A stretch of DNA of 33,000 nucleotides, taken from positions 55,913,762 through 55,946,761 of the forward strand of contig NC_068997.1 in assembly GCF_001194135.2 (NCBI RefSeq), read 5' to 3'. Position 1 is the first letter of the stretch. The number at the start of each line of letters is the position of its first letter. Under the pieces are notes generated by a model. It searched no databases and was not told where the DNA came from. It saw nothing but the letters and a program-made list of their open reading frames with translations. This stretch comes from Octopus bimaculoides (Eukaryota). A program made the position numbers and the translations under genes. Shown here piece by piece: positions 24,440-33,000 of the stretch.

Positions 24440-26269
24440 TTTTTAATATGACTTCATAGCATGCAGCTGGTTCTACAGTTATGCCATTATTAAACTCATT
24501 CTTCAGAATTTGGACAAGATGCTGTCAGGAGAATGCATGATATTTCATTAATGGCTGCATACAGGATTCTTCTTAGTTAATGATGATACTAATGACACTA
24601 TTTAAAGTCACCACCAAGATACTCCATAATTTGAAAAGCTTTACTAAAGTGCTTTTTATTGAGTAAAAAAAACCGATGTTTAAGTTGGACTCACAGTTGC
24701 TAAGAAGAACAGCTTCAGTAGAAAGTGGTAGATCTATCAAACAGAATGTATGATACTATTGCAGCTGGAACTTTCGAGCAGCTAAAACTATGATAACAGA
24801 TGCAGTATGTTCAGTAATTGCACAAAATGAAGCAGCTTTATTATTCCTGGAGGATACAACCTTTTTAATATAGGTTAGTAAAATAAATATACAGGAGTCA
24901 CATGTCAATGTATTTGGAATTAGATTAAAATAGTATAAGCAAGAATTTCAGCCTCTCACCTACTTCTAGCCAATTCCTTTAACTTGTTTTTTTTTTCAAT
25001 AATAAAAGGTTGAGTCTCATTTGTGGCTACTAAGGTGATATTCTAAAGGTCCCTTTGCAAATTATTGAATCCATTAAACACTCTTTAACTTGCCACTGTG
25101 TAATAGTCTGGTTTTATTTCAGAATTTATGGATCCTTTTCACAGTATATGTGAACATATTCTGGAAAAATATTAATTCCAAGAATTATATGAAGTGACTT
25201 AAAATTTGATGGCGGCATCACCTTTTACAAAAGAATTCTCTGAAATAATAAATTTAGAAATCATTCAAGGTTATGGTTTGGTATTTACAGGTGCTTAGGA
25301 AGTTTTGCATAATCATCTCAGATTCACTTTTGTTAATTCCACGGGTTCCATAATCAAGGGAAGATTTCTTTCAAGTTTTCTTCCCTTATCAATCATCTCC
25401 AGGAAACAGGAAATACCATTTGTAACACGAAATGGAACATAACAAAATAGGCAGAGCTTTCCATTAACGATCCATTCAAAACAGTAGCCAGAAACGATTC
25501 TACTAATAAAATTCTTTGTTAATTTTATTGAAATGACTTGATTCCCTGACAATAATCTTGGAATTTAGCAGAAAATTTGGAGTGTCGATGGAACCCACTG
25601 GATTTCATAATGACAGTCATGTTTCATCTGAAAATCTTGACCAAGAATAAAATCATTGCATAAGTTTTTAAGAATACAAAATTGATTAGAAAGGAAATTC
25701 TTATCTTTCAGTTTTAATCAATAGTGTATACACCAACAATTTTGTATTTAACTTAGATTGTATTCTACAGAAGTCACGCATAGATGTCTGTGGAATAATA
25801 GAAGCGTTGTTTACTGCACCTGAACTTATAAGAAATTGCAGGAACGAAGTCAATGAGTGTAGACAATCCTCTCCTTCTCCTTGGCAAAAAAATAAACACG
25901 AAGGGTACCACAGCATTAAGTGCACAATGTGTCAGTCAAAAAAATTACAGGTTTGTTTATCTTTCATCACAATTTTTATTGTTGGGTTTGGACATGCATA
26001 CCTTGGATAAATGACCTTACTTGCTACAGGTAAAACAATCAGCGTGACAAGCAGAACAATACCTGCTTTTGTGCAATGAATTAGCACAAAAGTAACAGCA
26101 TTTAGATTTGGTAAAGAAACTGGAATTTCGGTTTCAGCAATTGTGGGTGGAACAGCAAAGGGAGAAGGAGTTTCTTCTTCTTCATTAGTTTTTTTGGGGA
26201 AGATTGAGTGATTTGTAGAGTTTTATAAAAAAACAATGACAAATTGAGATACGAGTATGTGTTAATGGG

Positions 26270-26282
26270 TGTACATGTGTGT

Positions 26283-26327
<45 letters not shown>

Positions 26328-26350
26328 CGCATGCATGAGTGTGTGTGTCT
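26270..26350. repeat. (TG)n-(CG)n microsatellite
   Basis: Directly visible. Confidence 0.95.
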
Positions 26351-26505
26351 GTGTGTTTTTGTCTCAGCATTGCCGTATAACTGTAAATGAATGTCAGGTG
26401 AGGATTGATTTCAGGCTGGGCACCTGACCATAGAAAATCTGCCTCAGTGAAATGATCCATCTAAATGTGGAATGGTGGATGTTAACACAAAAGACAATGA
26501 TGAAA
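26345..26505 (+). mobile_element. Degraded SINE with a family B-related tail variant
   Basis: GGGCACCTGACCATAGAAAATCTGCC...GTGGATGTTAA...ATGATG. Confidence 0.5.
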
Positions 26506-26679
26506 CATAATGAGGCAGATCTGAAAAAATATCAACTTTTGAGGAATGGCCTTTTAAAGTGTGTTCCTGTTTTTCTCCAACCAAGAAAAGTCCACAATGA
26601 TTGTCAACATTAACTTTAACCAAAAACCTTTTGCATTCTGGACAAATGGAACTTGTAAATCAACTAAAACCTGCTGCAC

Positions 26680-26880
26680 TCATGTCGGTGGCACATAAAA
26701 AGTATCCACTACACTCTCGGAGTGGTTGGCATGAGGAAAGGGCAGCCATCTGTAGAAACCTTGCCAAACAAGATTGGAGCCTGGTGCAGCCCACCGGCTT
26801 GCCAGTTCTCTGTCAAACTGTCCAACTTATGCCAGCATGGAAAGCAGATGTTAAGCAATGATGATGATGATGATGATGAT
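26680..26880 (+). mobile_element. Family B 3' tail with (GAT)n
   Basis: GTCGGTGGCACATAAAAAGTATCCACTACACTCTCGGAGTGGTTGGC...GCCAGCATGGAAAGCAGATGTTAAGCAATGATGATG. Confidence 0.9.
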
Positions 26881-27089
26881 AAACAAAATGTAATCAAAAT
26901 TGACTGAAGACTTATTGTTAAAGTCTGCCTTGTAGTGATGAATAAATTTAAAATCAAACAACTGCAACTTTAATAATGTAGAATGGTGTCTTCCAGGTAG
27001 GTCACTAGTTGCATGAATTAACTAAAATGGCAGGTGATAGCAGAAGTAAAGGCAGACCAACCAAAGGAATGGATCAGATGGAAAAGTTG

Positions 27090-27268
27090 ATTGTTGCTGC
27101 TTAGCTCCAACTCAGCCTCATTGAGCAGACATATGAATCAAGTTCTTCTACTCACCACAATCCCAATAACCATTTGTTTCTTCATAACAGTGACTACACT
27201 GTCCAATATGTCCTTCATTTTTAAGATAGTAGGGTGTAATGTGAAGGAACTTTAGCTGTTATTTCTTG
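27090..27268. mobile_element. Family D copy
   Basis: CTCAGCCTCATTGAGCAGACATATGA...GACTACACTGTCCAATATGTCC...AAGATAGTAGGGTGTAATGTGAAGGAACTTTAGCTGTTATTTC. Confidence 0.6.
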
Positions 27269-27270
27269 TT

Positions 27271-27303
<33 letters not shown>

Positions 27304-27324
27304 CTGTGTGTGTGGATATATGTA

Positions 27325-27370
<46 letters not shown>

Positions 27371-27380
27371 NNNNNNNNNN
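27371..27380. other. Assembly gap (10 N) inside (TA)n
   Basis: N run. Confidence 1.
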
Positions 27381-27417
<37 letters not shown>

Positions 27418-27440
27418 AATAAATAAATATACATATATAC

Positions 27441-27480
27441 ATCATCATCATTGTCTAATGTCTGCCTTCCATGCTGGTAT
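27441..27480 (-). mobile_element. Family B tail-end fragment
   Basis: CATCATCATCATTGTCTAATGTCTGCCTTCCATGCTGG. Confidence 0.6.
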
Positions 27481-27667
27481 TATGTATATATATATGTATA
27501 TGTGTGTCTGTGCATGCGCGTGCGCATGTGTGTGTGTGTGGGGCTGTGCGTGTGTAAATCAAGGGTACTTCTGTTGCTAAACAACATAACCATGCAATAA
27601 ACAAAGATCTATAAAATGCACAGCAAATTAAAAAATGAGTTGATTATAGTTTAATATAAACGTCCTC

Positions 27668-27715
27668 GATGGAAGTGCTCCAGTATGGCCACAGTCCAAT
27701 GACTGTAGTCAGTAA
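27668..27715 (+). mobile_element. Family C 3' end fragment
   Basis: GTGCTCCAGTATGGCCACAGTCCAATGACTG matches the reverse complement of ~20160-20192. Confidence 0.65.
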
Positions 27716-27884
27716 CTGCATAAAAAGTCGATTATACTTAACAGCACAGACTCTCTTTCACAGGTGCATCTGCACCAGAAGTTTGACCAAAGCATTTTTA
27801 AAAAAAACCCTTCCCCACCTTTGATTTGAATACATTAATAAGGTAACAACATTTGTAGTGGAGATAATAGAGTAAGAAAGAGAG

Positions 27885-27885
<1 letters not shown>

Positions 27886-27921
<36 letters not shown>
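27886..27921. repeat. (GA)n microsatellite
   Basis: Directly visible. Confidence 0.97.
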
Positions 27922-27924
<3 letters not shown>

Positions 27925-29889
27925 TATGTGGTGATGGGAGTGGGGAAGAGGTTCAGAGAGTTAACAAATCCGTTGTCAACAAATATGTTTCTATGTTCGT
28001 GCAAGGAGTAAATTGTATGAAGCGTGTTATAATAAAATGTCATTGTGTAATGAGGAATGTGCTCTGAATGAAGAGGAAGATGTGTGAAGGCTAGAAATAA
28101 AAAAAGACGAGAATGCACTATTGAATGTGCATCAACTTGCATGAAATGTGGACTGCACATCAGCCAACAAAGCAAAAAGGTATTAAACACATTAAGTGAT
28201 GCAATCGGGAAGTGATGTCATGTATTCTGTTAAATACTGAAGGAAACAAAATAGATTGTTTCTATTTTCATGAGCAGAAGTATCCTTCAATGGGTTTACA
28301 ACTTTAAAAACAACATATTACACATAATTGGCAATGAGCTTTGTCCAGTTGTGCAAATTAAGGAAGGTTTTTAGCTCTCAGTTTTTCAATATCTCATCGA
28401 TGTGGACATTGTATTTCATACACATATATATACATCCGCACACATCCACATATCAAAGTCACCAGCTCCTATCCACACGCACACACTCTCACATACATTA
28501 AAAACATAAGAGAACCTACATACACATACATACATACATAGACATGCATATACTTGTACATACATACATAGATATGTACATATTTTCATACATATAGTCA
28601 TGCATACACACATATATATATACACATATATGTATGTCTGTACAGTTAACAAATTTCAATAACAAATCTGATTTTAAATACTGGAATGGCTTACAGATTT
28701 TATTTCATTTTGTAACTTTAGACTGTTTTATATTCATAGAGAAAAGATTTTATTACGTGTTATGATCATTTTACTTATGTAACAAATATCAATACACATG
28801 AAGATAAATTTACAAGTGGAAACCAAGATGCCATTAGAGAGAGAAATCATCTTAAAAATTGTAATGCTAGATACAGAATATGATTAAATTCGTTAGGAAA
28901 GTAATGATTGTAACGTTAGCTTGATAAGATAAATTAATAAAGGGGAGAATATGAGAAATTCTATTTTAGATCATAAACTATAATTTATATACCATGATTT
29001 AAAATTAACATCTTAATAGATATGAACTTAAACATATCTTGGAACTGGTAAAAGATAACATGGATCCATACATCATATCCTTCTCTAGGTTTCTTTGTCA
29101 TCTCCGCATGGGAGTTCACTATCACTTTGTTGAAATCTTCTGTTTGTTAGTTGACTATCTGACTAGCTGCCTTGGCAAGTGAACCTCTCCAGAGAGTAAA
29201 CATTAAAATACTTGTGATGATTCCACTCTCTGTCTGTTCTATTTATTCATGCAGCTATCAATGCAACTTATGCAGGCAATATTCCACACCAATTTGGTTC
29301 CATTACATGTTTGTGACATATCAAATATTCCTCTTAGAGACTTTACAAAAATGAAGATAAATTCCTTTTATCGATCGGGAAGATCAAAATTCATGTTGAT
29401 TTAATTCCAACATAAGGATGACTCATCAATTATCCTTGTATACCGACAAAAGCAACATAGAATGGAATTATAGATTACAACAAGAAAATTGCTAAATATA
29501 CATGGTATATTATTTAAATAATATGAAATGGTCTCTCCCAAAGGCTTAAAGATGAAATGAAAGCATTTAGCCTTTACTGAACTCTGCAAAGATGCTGTTT
29601 GATGTGAAATAAAAGAAAGAAACTGTGTCTACAGTTTGCAATATGTAAGGAGGATAAGTGCAGAAACGGTACTGTATTATTTATTGGTTTTTATGTGCAT
29701 ATATATGTATATGTATTATATCACATGCACACATGTATATATACACACATATTCTATTGGTAAAACTCAAGAAAACAAACAGAAATTTATGAATGCTAGG
29801 CAGAGCCACAATCAGGTTAAGAGCCAAACTAAAGGAAATTACAAAACGTGAAGATAAGATATAGCAGGCAGCAACATCATCAGTAAAAA

Positions 29890-30215
29890 CTTATCTTTGT
29901 GTGTATCAGGGATTACATTGTTCATTGTGTTTTTCCTTTGTTTGTAATACAATCATGTGCAATTTGAAGGAGATTTAGCTGTTAATTTTAGCAGTTCAGC
30001 TACTTCTCAGAGGATGTTGTTGATTATTGCATAAAGATTCCTTTAGTCAACAGCCTAGTCAAATTTGGTCAAATTCTTTTAAGCCTGCTTAATGAGACAT
30101 AGCTTGCTATGTCTCATTAAGCAGGCCTAACCTAAAAACTCATTCCAGCAATAAACATCACGTTTTTTTCATTATGTATCAGGGGCTACATTATGCAATG
30201 TGCCTGACAATTAGA
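29890..30215. mobile_element. Two adjacent family D fragments flanking a palindrome
   Basis: GTATCAGGGATTACATTG...TTTGAAGGAGATTTAGCTG (29905-29990) and AAGCAGGCCTAA...CATTCCAGC...GTATCAGGGGCTACATTATGCAATGTG (30118-30202). Confidence 0.55.
30083..30126. repeat. Perfect inverted repeat: 21-bp arms, 2-nt spacer
   Basis: GCCTGCTTAATGAGACATAGC-TT-GCTATGTCTCATTAAGCAGGC. Confidence 0.97.
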
Positions 30216-30379
30216 AATCAACACTTCTTGATGCAACTGTATTCATTCATACACATTACATGGCCATATCAGGGCAGTCTTCTCTCTTGCACACTGTATC
30301 TGAGGCTACATACGCCCAGTTTCTCTCTCAAATCACTTACATTCTGTTGTATATGCAAACTGACATCACCCATCCATAT

Positions 30380-30387
30380 ATATATAT

Positions 30388-30432
<45 letters not shown>
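30380..30432. repeat. (TA)/(TG)n microsatellite
   Basis: Directly visible. Confidence 0.95.
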
Positions 30433-30436
<4 letters not shown>

Positions 30437-31163
30437 GACATAGAAAGAGAGGGGAAGAGTGGAGGAAAGGAATGGTACCAAAGGCAGAGTGTGAGCGGAT
30501 GAGAGAGAAAGAATACTTTTTTTCTGATGCATTGAGACAAAGTATTTTCCACAGGAAACTGTGGATAATATAACACAAATGCTCAAAACATGCTCCTGCC
30601 AGTGGCCCAGGAATGGAACTTGCTTTGGGGGCACAAATCCAGGTCCAAAGTTTTTTTACAAACAAAGTAGATTTTTTCAATCTTAATATCAAAACAAACA
30701 TATATACATATATATTGATGAGTTTGATTTATTTCCTTTCTTACCCCAATGAGAAGATTACATTGTTTTACACCATTTTATTTCTTTGGAATAATACCAA
30801 TGTTGTCTTCAAACCGTGTTGGAAGTAAAAGAATTTGAATAACGCCTGCATTTAACTCTATTTATAAATTTATATGTATTATAAAAAATATTTCGCATCA
30901 ACCCGGAATTTCTACCTTTACAAACAGGGTGTTACGTCCTAATTACTTGTGTGATTTCTTGCTGCCCTGGTAACTGTTTATCTATTTTTTCTCTGTTAAT
31001 TGTAAACAAGGGAAAAGTATACACATCCATTTATACATACTAGAGTTAAGAATGAAGTAGGAAAAATCCTGGCTACATATGTCTCATAGTGAGTGGTACC
31101 TCAGAAGTGGTAAACTCCAAGTGAAATGTATACTGCCAGCTACACTTCAGACATCTATATACA

Positions 31164-31206
<43 letters not shown>

Positions 31207-31298
31207 NNNNNNNNNNNNNNNNNNNNNNNNNNNNNNNNNNNNNNNNNNNNNNNNNNNNNNNNNNNNNNNNNNNNNNNNNNNNNNNNNNNNNNNNNNNN
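31207..31298. other. Assembly gap (92 N) inside (TA)n
   Basis: N run flanked by (TA)n. Confidence 1.
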
Positions 31299-31340
<42 letters not shown>

Positions 31341-31879
31341 CAACTATCATAGATATTAAATAATTTGGGGAAAATTTTATGTTCACTTTATGTGCAAAAA
31401 ACAAAATTTATATACACATATAAAAATATATATTTTAAACATCATCGTAGTAATGAAAATCAGAAATTTAAGGCTCTTCTGATATTTACCATATTTGCTA
31501 TCATTAGTGCAGCTTCGATAAATAAGAATTGCAGATTGTGATGAAAATCTCTTTGAATGAAGACATTAGTGGCATTTAACTACCGCTGTTGGTGACAGAA
31601 TCATGGAAACATGAATGATATATTAAAGAATTTACCATTTTAATGCCAAGTAATAGAGTTTGGTACAGCTGTGAAGGTTATAAAAAGTAAATGTACTTCA
31701 TTGGGAAAAAATAAAATCCAAAAACTAAAGTGAGTTTTTGATTTTGCTGTAGCTATTTTACAAATTAAGAATGAACTTACTGCTGAGATTTTAATGTCAA
31801 CTCACTGTGGATATTACACCAAACATGAACTGGAGAGACTCACAGCATGTTTGTTTGTTTAATTTCTATTTTTCTCTGT

Positions 31880-31965
31880 TAGCATGGATTTGATGGGAAT
31901 TTATTTTCAAGTAGGGTTTTGCAGCTGGATGCTCATCCTCTCACCAACCCTTTATTGTTTTCCAG
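31880..31965 (-). mobile_element. Degraded family B-related tail
   Basis: GCAGCTGGATGCTCATCCTCTCACCAACCC resembles CAGCTGAATGCCCTTTCTAACGCCAACC at 32770-32797. Confidence 0.5.
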
Positions 31966-32184
31966 TTTATGGTTTTTAAATACATACAGCAAACAGTTAT
32001 AATGTCAATAAGGAAGGAAAACACCACCACCACTTCACTTAAACGGTGACAAGTGAAATATCAACATTTACATCTATTTGCACACATGAAAACACTTATA
32101 CACATACACACACACATATATATACAATGAGACATAAATTTGCAAACACATGCACACATGCACATATATATGTGTGTGTAATAA

Positions 32185-32338
32185 ATGATGGACTTCACAC
32201 AGTTTCCCTTTACCAAATACATTTACACATCATTGAGGGACACCAGAGCAATAGAGGTAGTCACTTGGCCAAGTTGTATCTGTTGTGCAGTGGGCTTGAA
32301 CCTGAAACCATGTGGTTTCAAAGCAAACTTCTCATCTG
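32185..32338 (-). mobile_element. SINE family C head, degraded
   Basis: CAGTTTCCCTTTACCAAAT...CACTTGGCCAAG...GTGGGCTTGAACCTGAAACCATGTGGTT...AGCAAACTTCT. Confidence 0.7.
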
Positions 32339-32376
32339 AATCTCCATACCTGTACCAACCATACATCATATATAAC

Positions 32377-32540
32377 ATCATCATCATCATCGTCATCGTC
32401 GTCGTCGCCATTTGGCATCCACCTCCCATGCTGGCATGGGTTGGACAGGAGTTGGCCAAGCAGAAGACTGCACCAAACTCCTGTGTCTGTTTTAGTATGG
32501 TCTTTTACAGTTGGATGCCCTTCCTAAGACCAATCATCAT
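32377..32540 (-). mobile_element. Family B 3' tail
   Basis: CATCATCATC...CCATGCTGGCATGGGTTGGAC...CAGTTGGATGCCCTTCCTAA. Confidence 0.8.
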
Positions 32541-32649
32541 CAGTCACTATTGTGCAGTGGCAGCACTAGTGACGGATGGAGGAAGAAGGAAAGGCCGAAG
32601 TAGCCCTTTCACCATTTTCCACCCACTCTGCCCAGCATAGAAATATATA

Positions 32650-32958
32650 TATCATCATCAACAACATTTAATGTCCGTTTTCAATGCTGGCATGGGTTGG
32701 ACGGTTTGACCGAGGTCTAGAGAGCCAGTGGCTGCACCAGATTCCAATCTGGTCTGGCAATATTTCTACAGCTGAATGCCCTTTCTAACGCCAACCACTC
32801 CGAGAGTGTAGTGGGTGCTTTCTATGTGGTACCGACACAAGAGCCAGTCGAGCAGGCCTCGCGTCGATCATGTTCGGATGGTGCTTTTTACATGCCACTG
32901 GCACAAGAACCAGTCGGGGGACTGGCATTGGCCACAATCGGTTGGTACTTTTTAAATG
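32650..32958 (-). mobile_element. Family B copy
   Basis: TTTAATGTCCGTTTTCAATGCTGGCATGGGTTGGACGG...TTTCTACAGCTGAATGCCCTTTCTAACGCCAACCACTCCGAGAGTGTAGTGGGTGCTTT; inverse of ~11040-11345. Confidence 0.9.
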
Positions 32959-33000
32959 CACACACACACACACGTATATATATAGATGTATATATATATA

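Larger units (their letters stand above)
23100..25950 (+). pseudogene. Heavily decayed Helitron Rep/helicase region, interrupted by the Chapaev3-like element
   Basis: Plus-strand fragments in canonical order: EN(G)Q (~23102), EIPS (~23183), insertion, QL..YAII and W..MHDI (~24460-24545), KALLKCFLLSKK..VGLT (~24635), NEAALLFLEDTTFLI (~24826; cf. LFFLDAPGGTGKTFLI), VNSTGSIIKGRFLSSFLPL (~25332; cf. VASSGIAATLLxGGRTAHSxFKLPL), TICN (~25412), NEVNE...GYHSI (~25843-25917). Many stops and indels. Confidence 0.5.

Noticed and set aside
25771-25950. Apparent 180-nt in-frame exon (CTACAG ... AG|GTTTGT)
   Set aside because: Better explained as part of the decayed Helitron helicase (NEVNE...YHSI); weak donor.
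30553-30642. Apparent exon ETVDNITQMLKTCSCQWPRNGTCFGG
   Set aside because: The reverse complement contains GTTCCATTCCTGG, a box B-like motif resembling the SINE head at 16440-16500, so it is probably a decayed SINE.

Overview
AT-rich, microsatellite-laden eukaryotic DNA from a short-read assembly with four N gaps, all at or next to (TA)n tracts. I could not support any host protein-coding gene, RNA gene or CRISPR array; nearly all ORFs in the track are translations of (TA)n/(TG)n/(GA)n repeats or of SINE text. The SINE families look like those I recall from Octopus (coleoid cephalopod); this taxonomic call is an inference from memory, not a search. What the window does contain is a layered transposon record: (i) an internally deleted Chapaev3-like (CMC) DNA transposon with both termini at 23358-24439, which appears to be inserted into a heavily decayed Helitron helicase region (~23100-25950); (ii) an internally deleted Tc1/mariner element of probable DD41D type with TIRs and TA target duplication at 15263-16144; (iii) a Penelope-like reverse transcriptase relic at 1-500 and a possible GIY-YIG relic at ~11520-11700; (iv) a second possible Helitron relic at ~5640-6160; (v) more than 25 SINE-like copies or fragments from about five modular families; (vi) a perfect 21-bp-arm palindrome at 30083-30126; and (vii) a 165-bp exact duplication across a gap that is most likely an assembly artefact. 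I found no convincing evidence of a novel biological system; the findings concern mobile-element history and are scored accordingly. Family assignments rest on hand translation and remembered motifs and need database confirmation.
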